Of a DNA stretch of 56,280 nucleotides, positions 24,495 to 36,555 are shown piece by piece. A program made the position numbers and the translations under genes. Every line of letters begins with the position of its first letter. Position 1 is the first letter of the stretch. The notes under the pieces are model-generated. The model searched no databases and was not told the origin of the DNA. It worked only from the letters and a program-made list of their open reading frames with translations. Source of the stretch: Neovahlkampfia damariscottae (Eukaryota); assembly GCA_016618085.1 (NCBI GenBank), contig JABLTG010000134.1, forward strand, positions 1-56,280. Reading direction: 5' to 3'.

Positions 24495-25743
24495 TCATTT
24501 ATTCATATTTCTGTAATAGGATTTTAAATTACTGTTCTCAGATCCTTTAAAAACAATTCTTTTTTGAACTTTTTCTGTTTGAATTATTCTTAATATTTCT
24601 TTGAGATTTTCTTTGGTTTGATTTGTTGATTGAATTGATAATCCTTCAACGATACAATAAAAATATTTCTTTTGAGATTCGTATAATAAACTACCACATG
24701 AGTTCATAATATCTAGTAACATTTCAGATCGAAAATTCAAATCTTCAAAGGTACCATAAACTAATATCTTTTGAATCATTTCATTGGCAAATGTATTAGA
24801 AATAACATGTTCCCTTAATAAAGGTCCGAATATATATCCAAATTCAAACTTTCTTTCTTCATTTTCCAAAGAAATTGAAACCAAATTATCCAATGAATTT
24901 TTCAAATGAATTTCGAATTCACAAATAAAATGTTGATTCAAAATTTGTTTCATTTCAGTACAAAATTTTGAATAATCAATGATATTATTTTCATTTGAAT
25001 GCATTAAAATCAATTCAGCGACATCTTTCCCATAAGGGGCTGGTAATTTTACTAAAGCTTCCATTAAAGTTTTTCTGGATGATTCATAGCCTACATGACG
25101 AAATTCACTGATTAACAAGTTAGTTTTACATTATTTATTACCTTTGAACAATTTCCATATATTTTGAACTTTGTGATATTTCACTCCAAGAGTAAGTGAT
25201 TGAACATTCTGATTCTTTTTTTTTGTTTTTTTTATAAATATCATTTTGATACATTAATATTGACGATTTTGAATTGTCTTTGTTCTTTAATTTTTGAATT
25301 TCTAATTCTTGTGTTTCACATTTTTTTTGTAATTGTAAAACTAACTCATTTTTAGTTGATGTTTCCAAAAGGTTCAAATAACGATCATTGAACTTTGGAG
25401 TTATTTCTTCATTCATGAAGGAAGATTTTAGATGAGTAGTTAAATCTGAATATTGGCCTTTCCAATCACATTCTTCATGATGTTTTTTATTTTTTGGACA
25501 TTTCACTAAAAGTTGTGATATGTACTCATTTGTGGTTTTATCTGGGTGACATTCTTCTAATTTTATTATTTTTCTGTCATATGCGCATCTACCTTTTTGT
25601 GTTTTGCAAATTTTTTCAAGACATTCAAAGCAATAACGATGTGAGCATGGTGTTTGATAACAATCTTTGAATATTTCACTACAAATACCACATTGAAAAA
25701 ATTCAGAGACTGGAGTAACAAAAAGAGAATCAGGAATACCCAT
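24495..25743 (-). CDS. RING/TRAF-type zinc finger + coiled coil + MIF4G-like C-terminal helical domain
   Basis: CGIC...PCSHRYCFEC...CAYD and KCP...CDWKG...H. Intron 25108-25141 (with CTAAC) joins the two ORFs in frame. The MIF4G call is tentative. Confidence 0.65.
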
Positions 25744-25952
25744 GTGAATCTTTTTCTGACAACAAGTGTGAATGAGTTATTTTTAGCATTGGATTTTAAA
25801 ATTGACGAATCAACTTGAATCTTCAAAAATACAAGTGGAAATTGAATTGAATGAATTATCTTTTTCTCATAAAAAACAGAATTTTGTTTTTAGAATTTAA
25901 AATTATTTTTCCACCAATAAAACCTTCCAACCGAAATCGTTGACAGTTTAAA

Positions 25953-27060
25953 ATGGAAGAGTGGAAACAAGTCAACCTGAAAACACCTCTTCCTTCTTTG
26001 AGAACCCATTCAGTTGTCCACTATGAACCTTATTTATACATGTTTGGTAAAGAAACTGAAAAAAAAAACTAATGTTAATTTTCAGGAGGATGGCATAATT
26101 CAGAATACCACAACGATTTTATTCAATACAATATCTTGACTAAATCTTGGAAGTATATCCAAAAAGACAATGAACCAAAACCAAGATCAAATCAAACATG
26201 TGTTTTATTGAACATCCATCAATTGGTTTTTTTTGGTGGTTTCAATGGTTTTAGAATGTACAATGAAGTATTTGGGTATGACTTGAAATCTGAAAAATGG
26301 TTTGAAAGTGAACAAACCAAAACAAATGAAACAAATGAAACATTACCTTTGGAAAGAGATTCTCACTCTGCCGCAGTGTATAACAACAAAATGATCATTT
26401 TTGGCGGTAGGGGATGGAATCATACAACAGAATACCTTTCTGATTTATATTCTCTTGAATTGAAAGAAACTGAAAATGGTGCTTTTAGTCATGAATGGAC
26501 AAAACTTGGTAAGAAAAAAAAATTTAGTTTTTTTTACTTTGAAAAAAGAACAAAAAGGAAATTTGCCCTCTGGAAGATTATTACACTCTACAATAGTTTT
26601 TGGTGACGAATTAATTTTATTTGGTGGAAGAAAGAAAAATCAAAGATTCAACGAATTACATTTTTATAATTTTACCACTGCACACTGGAAGAAAATTATT
26701 TGTACAGATGGACCAACCAAAAGGACTACTCGAAGTGGAGTTTTATTGAGAAATTCATTTGTTTTCTTTGGGGGATATGATGGAGATTACTGCGAAGATT
26801 TATGGGAATTTGATTTACTTCAATTAAAATGGAAAAAAATGAACTGTAAAAATATGCCATCAGCAAGATGCGCTCATGTACTATGTTATGATCAAAGAAA
26901 TCTATTTATACATGGAGGAGAAGCTTTTCATTTTTCTTCGTTGAATGATTTGATGGTTTTAAATTTAAAAAAGAAATCATTTCCTGATCAAATTTTTGAC
27001 AAAATTTCAACTGAAAATTTTTGTGATTGTATTTTTCGTACAGAACCTATTTATTGTTAA
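25953..27060 (+). CDS. Kelch-repeat protein
   Basis: Repeated R..H....(FGG/HGG)...W units over three exons. Confidence 0.85.
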
Positions 27061-27102
27061 AAAAAAAATAAAATTCATTGTTGTATTTGATTGGTTATTT
27101 CA

Positions 27103-27792
27103 ATGTTCAACATTTTTCTTCATCAAAAACAAACTCACATAAAATTAATTAGAAAATTTTCTGTTGAATCAGTGAATATAAATAAATTTAATTTTACTCT
27201 TGATTTTTTGAAAAATGTTATAAAAAAAGATGAAAATTATTTAATTGTTGGAAAGAAATTGTATGATTGGAAAGTAGCTAATTTTATTTATTGGAAATTT
27301 CCAAACATGAAAGAAGTTCATTCAAATTCTGTTTTATTGAAATATAAGTCAAGAAAATTTTTATTGGAATTAATACCAACTGTTGAAATAAGAAAAGCAA
27401 TAAAAAAAATTCCGAATTCCAATGAGGAAAGAATAACACAATATAATTTTATAATTGATACATTATTCAAAACTATTGGTTATTTATATGAAAATAATGG
27501 TGAAAATGAAGTAGAAAATTTTTTTGAAGATTTCATTTTTTCGAAATCTATCGAAATTCAAGACATTTTGGAATCATTCCGACCTCATGAAGAGTTGTCA
27601 GAAATATATCCAAATTTATTGTATCAACAAAAAACCGATTCAAAAAATGAATTAATAATGACTGAGATTTACTCAAATGATTTTTTAATTGGTGTAGGAA
27701 GTTCATTGAGCAATAGACTCTCTAAAGACCAAGCAGCCAAAAATGCATTGATTTCATATTACACACAAGAAGCAAATGAAGAAAAAGAATAA
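27103..27792 (+). CDS. Degenerate RNase III-like + dsRBD protein (mitoribosomal mL44-like)
   Basis: Presequence-like N-terminus. IIDTLFKTIGYLY...GENEVENF resembles the RNase III second helix without the catalytic Glu; IGVGSS....SKDQAAKNAL resembles a dsRBD end. Confidence 0.5.
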   Translation: MFNIFLHQKQTHIKLIRKFSVESVNINKFNFTLDFLKNVIKKDENYLIVGKKLYDWKVANFIYWKFPNMKEVHSNSVLLKYKSRKFLLELIPTVEIRKAIKKIPNSNEERITQYNFIIDTLFKTIGYLYENNGENEVENFFEDFIFSKSIEIQDILESFRPHEELSEIYPNLLYQQKTDSKNELIMTEIYSNDFLIGVGSSLSNRLSKDQAAKNALISYYTQEANEEKE

Positions 27793-27797
27793 AATTT

Positions 27798-30700
27798 TTA
27801 TTCAAACAAAACAAAAAATAAAATTGAAATGGTCAACACAATGCTTGATACAATAACATTTCCAGAAGATACAATACAAACAGTATCTAACAATGGAAAT
27901 GTGTCTACTGTTCCAATAACACAAGTTCCAACTTTTTTACCTGAATTTCCAGTCGTTCCTTGAGCATTATCACCACTTTCATGGACAACAACCGACCTTC
28001 CAACAATTGAATATTTTCCAGTCAAAGAGAGCAAATTGAATCGTTTGTTAATTGTTGTAAATCCAAGTCTATTGGTTGTGATATTTCCCATATCTCCATA
28101 ATGACGATAATTATTGGTTGGTGGTTGACCATGAATAGCTCCAGTTGGATTGAAATGATTTCCTGTATTTGAAGTGATATCAGTTCCTGTCAAATCACCA
28201 AAATTGTGGACATGAAAACCATGTTGTGTGTTTGCAGGTAACCCACAAATAAATGCAGTGACTGTTACAGTTTCATCAACATTTTGTTCAAATAAGATTC
28301 TACCATAAGTGTATTTGTCAGTTGGATGTTTAAATTCACAAACAGCTTTTTGGTTAACTGTACTTGTGGCATTGTTATTTGATCCACTTTTAATTCCAAT
28401 AACACCTTGTGCTAATCTTGATCCTGCATTTCCAGTTGGTTGTGAAATACCATCATCTGAACCTGAGTGAACAATAATGGCTTTTCCAATTGCTGAATTA
28501 TTTCCTTCAAGCAAAACTAAATTTGAAACAATATTGACTGACGCGGCACCAACAGAATTTGCTGTAATATTACCTAAATCACCTGCGTGTCTGTTTGAAA
28601 GTGTCAAAGGTCCATGAATACCTCCATATGGATTCCAATGACCTCCAGTTCCTGTTCCGTCTTTCTTTGAAATATCTCCATATTTATGAACATGAATTGC
28701 ATGAACTGAATTTGGTTCCAGACCAAGAATAGTTCCAACAATAGTTGTTGAATTTTTGTTCACATTATAATTCAAATTGAGAATTCCAGATACTTTATCA
28801 TTATTTTCAGTTCCTGTCAATAAAACTGCTGCACTTGCATCATAAGTTGGACAAGTTTGGAATGCTGGTAAAGTTGCAACTGTTCCAATAACACATGTAC
28901 CAAATTTAGTTCCTGCGTTTCCTGTAGCACCAGTTCCATCATCTTTCAAATCATGAACAACAACAGCTCTTCCAACAATTGAGTTGATTCCATTTAATGT
29001 TAATAAATCTAAAGTGCTGTCATATGATCCAACTCCATCTGCATCAGTTGTTAAATTTCCCATATCACCATAATGTCTATTTGGACTTGGTGGATAAGCA
29101 TGACTTGCTCCAGTTGGATTCCAATGTCCTCCAACATTTGCAGTTATTGTTGAACCTGTAATATCACCAAACTCATGAATATGAAATCCATTGCTTGAAC
29201 TTGGTGACATACCACAAATTCTTGCTTGAACTCTAACTGTCTAATAAAAAAGTTAATTCGAATTTTGATTGTTTTACTCCTCCATTTTCAGTGAATAAAA
29301 TTCTTCCAAAATGAATTGATGGCGCGTCTTCACCTTCAAATTCACAAACAGCAAAAGAATTTTTTTCACTTGTTGCATTATTTTTTGGAACATTTTTAAT
29401 ACCAATAACACCAGCAGCAATTCTTGATCCTGCATTTCCAGTTGGTTGAGAAACTCCATCATCTGAACCAGAGTGAACAATCATTCCTTTTCCAATGGCA
29501 CTATCAGCTCCAGATAATAATAATTTTGATGAAACAAAACTGAATGTAGCTTTACCAGTTGCATCTGCAGTAATATTACCTAAATCTCCTGCATGAGAAT
29601 TTGTTGCAGTTAATAATCCATGAACACCTCCACTTGGATTCCAATGACCTCCAGTTGATGTTCCATCTTTTTTTGATAAATCACCATATTGATGAACATG
29701 AATTGCATGAATTGAGTTCGCAGCAAGACCAGAAATAGAACCTGAAACAGTTGTAATATTTGTTTTTGAGAAATAGTTCAATTCAATTGTTCCTCTGATA
29801 TTTTCATTTCCTTGAGTGCCTTCCATAAGAACAATTCCTCTTTTATCTGATTCTGGGCATTGAGATAATGTTGGTAAAGAATTAACAGTTCCAATAACAC
29901 ATGAACCAAGTTTTGAACCTGCATTTCCTGATGCTCCTGTGCCATCATCAGCTCCTGCATGAAGGACAATTGCTCTTCCAATGATTGAATATTTTCCATT
30001 CAATGTTAACAAGTCAAATTTTTGATTAATTTTTGCAATACCATATGTGTTTGCTGTAATATTTCCCATATCACCAAAATGTCTATTTGGACTTGGTGGA
30101 TAAGCATGACTTGCTCCAGTTGGATTCCAATGTCCTCCAACATTTGTTGTGACATCAGATCCTGTTTGGTCACCAAATTGATGAACATGAAATCCATTTT
30201 GTGCATTTGGAGAAAGACCACAAATTTCTGCTTGAACTGTGACAGTTGAATCTTGATTTTGTGTGAAATGAATTTGTCCATATACTGATGGAGAGACTCC
30301 TGAAAATTGGCAAACAGCATAGGTATGTTGGTCACTTGTTGCGTTATTGTTGACAACATTTTGGATACCAATAATACCTTGAGCTAATCTTGATCCTGCA
30401 TTTCCAGTTGGTTGTGAAACACCATCATCTGGTTTCGCATGAATGATAATTGCTCTTCCAATTGCAGAAATATTTGAGAGTAAAGATACTTTATCAGAAA
30501 CAATACTGACAGTGGCTGTTCCAGTTGCATCTGCTGTTATGTTTCCTAAATCACCAGCATGTCTATTTGAAAGTGTTAAAGGTCCATGAACACCTCCAAA
30601 TGGATTCCAATGACCTCCAGTTCCTGTTCCATCAGTTTTTGAAATATCACCGTACTGGTGAATATGCATTCCATGAATTGAGTTTGCAGGAAGTCCAGAA

Positions 30701-32894
30701 ATAGTACCAGTGATGATTGTTTCCAATCCAGTTGAATAATAATTTAAAAATAATTTTCCAGTAATTCCTGAGTTTCCTTCAGTACCTTTTATTAATACTG
30801 ATCCATAAGCGAACGGTGCAGGACAAGTGACTAAAGAAGGAAGAGTAGCAACTGATCCAATAACACAAGTTCCAAGTTTAGAGCCTGCATTACCTGTAGT
30901 ACCGGTGCCATCATCTTTTCCAGAATGAATAACAACAGCTCTTCCTACAATTGAATTTGATCCAACTAATGTTAATAAATCTAAATTTGCATCATAATTT
31001 CCAGCACCATTGGCATCAGCAACAATATTTCCCATATCTCCATAATGTCTTGTTGCAGTTGGTGGATAAGCATGAGTTGCTCCAGTTGGATTCCAATGTC
31101 CTCCAGTGTTTGTTGATCTGTCTGTTCCTGTTAAATCACCAAATTCGTGAACATGAAATCCATTTTGTCCATTTGGAGTCATTCCACAAATTTTTGCTTG
31201 CACTCTTACAGTACCTCCACCATTTTGTGTAAATAAAATTCTCCCAAATGGTGAAGAACCAGATACTGATTTAAATTCACAAACAGCAAATGAGTCTTGA
31301 TAAGCAGTCGCGTTGTTATTTCCAATATTTTGAATTCCAATAACACCTTGTGCTAATCTTGATCCAGCGTTTCCAGTTGGTTGTGTGACACCATCATCAG
31401 CTTGAGCATGTAAAACAACACCTTTGCCAATTGCTGATTCATTACCAAACATGGTAAGTTTATCAGTAACAACATTTACAATAGCAACACCAGTTGCATC
31501 AGCTGTTATATTTCCTAAATCACCTGCATGTCTGCCAGCAAAATTTGGGTATCCATGAGTTCCTGAAGTTGGATTCCAATGTCCTCCTGTTCCTGTTCCA
31601 TCACTTTTTGAAAGATCTCCATATTGATGAACATGGAAACCATGGACTGAGTTTGCTGCAAGTCCAGAAATTGTACCGGTGACAGTAGTACTTTTAGTTC
31701 CAGAAGAATAATTGAAATAAACTTTTCCTTTAACTCCTTCATTTCCTGCAGTACCTTCTAAAAGAACAGCGCCTTGACCATAATAAACGGTTTCAGGTGT
31801 AAGTGGAACTGGACAAGTGACCAAAGAAGGAAGTGTATCAACTGCTCCAATGACACATGTAGCAACTTTACTTCCAGCGTTTCCTGTAGCACCTGTTCCA
31901 TCATCAGCTCCAGAATGCACAACAACAGCTCTACCAACAATAGAATTAACTCCATTTAATGTTAATAAATCTAATTTTGCATCATATTTTCCAATGGTAT
32001 TAATAACAGTTAAATTTCCCATATCACCATAATGTCTATTTGGACTTGGTGGATAAGCATGACTTGCTCCAGTTGGATTGAAATGTCCTCCAGTATTTGT
32101 AGAAATATCTGTACCAGATAAGTCACCAAATTGATGAATATGAAATCCATGGTCGTTTTGTGATAATGAACATATTTCAGCTTGAACTCTGACAGTTGAC
32201 TTTTGAAAATTATTAATTAAAAAAAATGAAAAAATACGTCTGCGTTTTGGGTGAACAACACTCTTCCATAAGGTGCTCCATAAACTCCAATAAGTTCACA
32301 AACAGCAAAGGAATTTTTTTCACTTGTTGCGTTGTTATTCACTTCGTTTTTAATGCCAATAACACCTTGTGCTAATCTTGATCCAGCATTTCCAGTTGGT
32401 TGTGTAACACCATCATCAAAGTTGGAATGAAGAATCATACCTTTTCCAATTGCTGAATCGTTTCCGTTTAATTTAATTTTTGTTGAAACAATTGTAAAAG
32501 TAGCAACACCTGTTCCATCAGCAGTAATATTACCCTAAAGAAGAGTTATTCAAAAAAAATAAAAATTTACCAAATCTCCAGCATGAGAATTATTTTGAGT
32601 TAAAAATCCATGTACTCCTGAGTATGGGTTCCAATGACCTCCTGTTCCTGTTCCATCAGTTTTTGAAATATCACCAAATTGATGAACATGAATTCCATGA
32701 ATAGAGTTTACAGCAAGACCTGAAATTGTTCCAGAAATTGTTGTATTTGCTCCGTCATAACTGAATGTAACAATACCACTAATTCCTGTATTTCCTGTTG
32801 TTCCATTTAAGTATACAACTCCTTTTTGTGTTTGTGAAAAGCAGGAGGATAACAATAGTAACAAAACCAAGCAAACAAAATTGACGTTTTTCAT
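27798..32894 (-). CDS. Secreted/anchored protein of ten tandem Cu/Zn superoxide dismutase domains (1661 aa)
   Basis: Signal peptide; ten repeats of HxH..GD...GH(W/F)NP...H...H(A/Y/F)GD(L/M)GN...H...GN(A/S)G; hydrophobic C-terminus. Introns 32535-32570, 32200-32237 and 29241-29277 keep the frame. Confidence 0.92.
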
Positions 32895-33280
32895 TATTAA
32901 CTTTTGTCCAATCAAGTTTGTCCTTCGAAATGATTGGAGGTTTTTGAAAAGAATGAATTCAAAAGTTTTTTATTATTTTCAGCGCGAAACATTCACTTTT
33001 CTACCTTTGACCAATCATACCATTGTTGTCATAGATGCATGATTCACAAAAAACTCAAGATAACGAAGAAAAGTAGATGTTTATACCCAAAATTCAAATT
33101 CTAATGTATTAATTGTTGATATTGTCCAACTTCGTGTTGTTCTTCATTTTAAAAGGTTAAAGTAATTTGAGATTCCACATGAAAATGAAACAATAAATCG
33201 TAAGAATATCTTTGATCAAAAAATTGAAAAAATAAATATTTGAAGTGAAAATTAATTCACCAATCAAAACATTGTTTTAA

Positions 33281-33805
33281 ATGAGCAAAAATAAAGAAGA
33301 ACCATATTTTGAAGTTCAAATAAAATTAAAACCAAAATCAAAAGATAAACAAAATCCTTTCCTGATACCAGAAGATCAACTTGATGAATTTGGAAATTAC
33401 ACTGAAAAATTTCCATTACAAAATTTTAACGACCAAGGAAGAAAGGATTTATTAAATTTACCTGTTACATATAAAACATTTCAAAATAATATTGAAACCG
33501 CTTTTAGTAGACAAATTTCTCACTATAGACACTTGTATAATGCTGGATTAGTTGTTACTACTGCCTCTGTACTTTCAACAGGTTACTTCTTGAGACAGAA
33601 ACATAAATACATTGATTATATGTTTTTGATTTCTGGTTCATTATTGTTTGGTTGTCTCTATTTAAGAGATTTAGCCTACGGAGATGCAATTAATCGTGTG
33701 AATGTTGAAGCATTCAAAATAATGACAGAAGAAAGAAAATTGTATTTTCAAAAAGAATTTGATGTATCCAAAGGTTTAAAATCACTAAAAGAAAAAATGG
33801 AATAA
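33281..33805 (+). CDS. PLGRKT/DUF2368-like membrane protein
   Basis: Two hydrophobic segments followed by DLAYG....RV..EA..IM..E, resembling the plasminogen receptor KT family. Confidence 0.55.
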   Translation: MSKNKEEPYFEVQIKLKPKSKDKQNPFLIPEDQLDEFGNYTEKFPLQNFNDQGRKDLLNLPVTYKTFQNNIETAFSRQISHYRHLYNAGLVVTTASVLSTGYFLRQKHKYIDYMFLISGSLLFGCLYLRDLAYGDAINRVNVEAFKIMTEERKLYFQKEFDVSKGLKSLKEKME

Positions 33806-33920
33806 ACTGAGTTCATCTTTTTCTAATCATTCTTTTTTTATCTTCAACACCAATCAATTTATTCCACGTCTTCTAGTTGATCAAAAAAATTGGAGCGTTA
33901 CCACAAGGAAAACAGAACAA

Positions 33921-34334
33921 ATGGAAACATCAGGTCTGGAGAGTTTTGTAAGAGAATACAGTTTTGTGATTGAAATCATGGTTATCCTTGTAATTTTTTA
34001 TTTTATCCTCAGATTTGTCTTTTACATGTACAACAAACTATTTTATATAATTTCATATGTTTTGAAAATTGTGGTTGCTTTAGTTATCGCTATTTTGCTA
34101 TATTATGGTTTAAAATATTATATTGGAATACCAGAAGTTAAAGGTTCAAAAAAATTAAAAAATATTTCAAAAACTGGTTTGGACTCTTTAAGAACTGTTG
34201 TCATTTCAAGTTCATCGTACTTTAAATCAGCTTTAGAAAGTGAATTAATATCACGGGCCACAAGTTATTTCACTGAATCTTTTAATTATGCCTACGTGAA
34301 TATTTTTGAATATATTAGTGAGCCTGGTGATTAA
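33921..34334 (+). CDS. Hypothetical two-TM membrane protein
   Basis: Intact ORF with two hydrophobic helices and a CCAATCA upstream. Confidence 0.55.
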   Translation: METSGLESFVREYSFVIEIMVILVIFYFILRFVFYMYNKLFYIISYVLKIVVALVIAILLYYGLKYYIGIPEVKGSKKLKNISKTGLDSLRTVVISSSSYFKSALESELISRATSYFTESFNYAYVNIFEYISEPGD

Positions 34335-34340
34335 AAAAAT

Positions 34341-34592
34341 TTATTTTTTTCGATGATATTGATGTTTTTGCATTTGTTTTGATTCAACATGTTTTAATTT
34401 CTTCTCCATTTTGTCAATCTTTGATGATTTTGACGACTTTTTTTCTTGAATTTTTGAATTTTCGTTCAAACTCTCCAATGTGGATTTTTGGAATAGCCCC
34501 AGGCTTCTTAGTGCACCCAACATCCAAAATATCAAATTTTCATAGAGCCTATAACAAAGTCCACTTTCTGTATTTTGTGCTTCTTTTGCCAT
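34341..34592 (-). CDS. Small hypothetical protein
   Basis: ATG 34592 is preceded by CCAATCA (minus strand) and the stop lies in AATAAA. Confidence 0.45.
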   Translation of the reverse strand: MAKEAQNTESGLCYRLYENLIFWMLGALRSLGLFQKSTLESLNENSKIQEKKSSKSSKIDKMEKKLKHVESKQMQKHQYHRKK

Positions 34593-34670
34593 AAATAAAA
34601 ATAGTGAGTTTGATTGGTTTATTTCATTGGTTGAAAAAACTTTGAATAACAAAGCTAACCTAACAAAAGG

Positions 34671-36139
34671 ATGAAGTTTAAGTTAAACTTAGAAATACTA
34701 CCTTTATGGGCAACATCTCTGTTATTTTTAGCTTTTTTTATATTACTTGTACCAGTGTTGATTGTAGGTTATGTGGCACCATCACCATACAACTTAAAGT
34801 CACAAAAAATTGATGTAAAAGGAGCTGACTGGAAAGACTTTCTGGTAAAAAAAGAAAAAAATATTAAAACAAAAAAATAAAAAGGCTGGTAAATACGAAC
34901 TTCAAGTTGACCAAAATGATATGAAACCAATTGATTTAAATATTTATTTTTCACTTGTGTTCTTCACTAAAAATAATCTCAAAGATCATTTTGGTTTGAA
35001 AAAAAAAAAAAGAATTCTAAAAATGAAAAAAAGGATTTTCTGAAGCAGTTAAAGTAAACATTACACTTTTTGGAAAGAATCCATATGAAGAATATAAACA
35101 ATTGTCAAACTCTGTTGTTCATGTCAGAAATTTAGCATGTGCTCAAACAGCACCTAGTTCTGTTTCTGCTTGTCCTGTTTATGTCACTCAAGTTTCACCT
35201 GTTTCATATCAAAACTACAGAATGAAATTTACATTAAATGATCCTGATTTAAAACTTCATAAGTTACTTGAACCCAATTTACTTGTATATGTTGCTTTTA
35301 ACAGTGATACCTATACATTTTATGAATTAATATTTAGATATGGTTTTTTAGCAGCAAGTTGTTTTGCTTTTTTAGTTTTTTTGATTTTTACAAGATGGAA
35401 ACAACCATTTGGTGATTGGCAAACTGAACAAAAATGGATTTTATTTGTTTTATTACTTTTGATCTGTTTTAATAATCCATTATATATTTTTGAATATTTT
35501 TCAGAAAACTGGATTTTCACATTCATTAATATTAATTTAAGAGCTACTTTTATTTGTGTTTTATTATTCAGTATTTTAGTTTTTACTCATGCAATGTATG
35601 TTCAACCAATAGAACGAACTTTTTTCAAATTTTACGCACTGAAAAGTATTATTGTTGGAACATTTTGGATTGTACTTGTAATGTGCTTCACTTATTTAAG
35701 TATAACTTCTCAAAATGATCCATCCTATTCTCCAGTTGAAGAAAATCCATATTTTCAATATGTAATTTATGGAGCACTTGGTCTTTTATTGATTTATGTT
35801 TATTCACTCCTTTATTACTTTACAAGAGCTCTTGGAGTCATTAGAAAATTGCCAAAGAAATATTCTCAAAAGTAATTAAATTCGAATGTTGTTTTGACTA
35901 TTTTCTTTAGGTTTAAAACTTTTTGGGGTTTATCAATATTTATTTTAATTGGAATGGTGGTTCTATTGACAGCTATTACAATATTAGGTTATTTAAGAAT
36001 CGCAACTGTATTTTTCTTATTGACTGTATTCTTCAATTATTACACTTTTGTTTTAGCATTTTTATTTTTACCTTCTTCTCATACAGAAGTAGTTGAAGAA
36101 TTTGATTTAACAGGTCACATGTTGGAAGATGAAGAATAA
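34671..36139 (+). CDS. TMEM181: TMEM181 / Wntless-like multi-pass membrane protein
   Basis: ELIFRY...DWQTEQKW...LLLLICFNNPLY matches the TMEM181 signature. Several short introns. Confidence 0.7.
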
Positions 36140-36232
36140 ATGTTTTTTAGGAATAATTTTTTCTTGTTTGGGAGATGCTGTTTTTATTGGTCATTGGAAT
36201 TTACCGTTTTCATTTTTGTTGAAGTGTTATCA

Positions 36233-36466
36233 ATGGAGAATTCAGATACATCAAAAAGAAAATCACTGTCTCAAAAAGATAGAGTATTTAAAGATACTGA
36301 TAAATATAGAAAAAAATCTGTTGATCTGAGCGCTGATTCAAAATCAAAAAAAAGAGGACAAAGCATTTTCAGCAAAATTTTTAACACCAAGAAGGATGAA
36401 AATGATACAGATACATTTAACTTCGAAGACCTTTGCAGAATAACAGAAATTGGAATCGAATTTTAA
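36233..36466 (+). CDS. Small hydrophilic hypothetical protein
   Basis: 77-aa ORF from ATG 36233 with a coding-like composition. Confidence 0.4.
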   Translation: MENSDTSKRKSLSQKDRVFKDTDKYRKKSVDLSADSKSKKRGQSIFSKIFNTKKDENDTDTFNFEDLCRITEIGIEF

Positions 36467-36555
36467 AAAAAATCAAAACAACAAAAATGAAATGTAAAAT
36501 TTATTAATATGCCCGAAAATTTGATGTTTTATTTATTCTCCATTAATTTTTCCTT

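Noticed and set aside
29274..32032. Many short alternative-frame and antisense ORFs in the ORF track, here and elsewhere
   Set aside because: They are shadows of real genes caused by biased codon usage and show no recognisable motifs.
27798..32894. DNA repeats as a CRISPR array or satellite
   Set aside because: The repeats are coding SOD domains in one reading frame.
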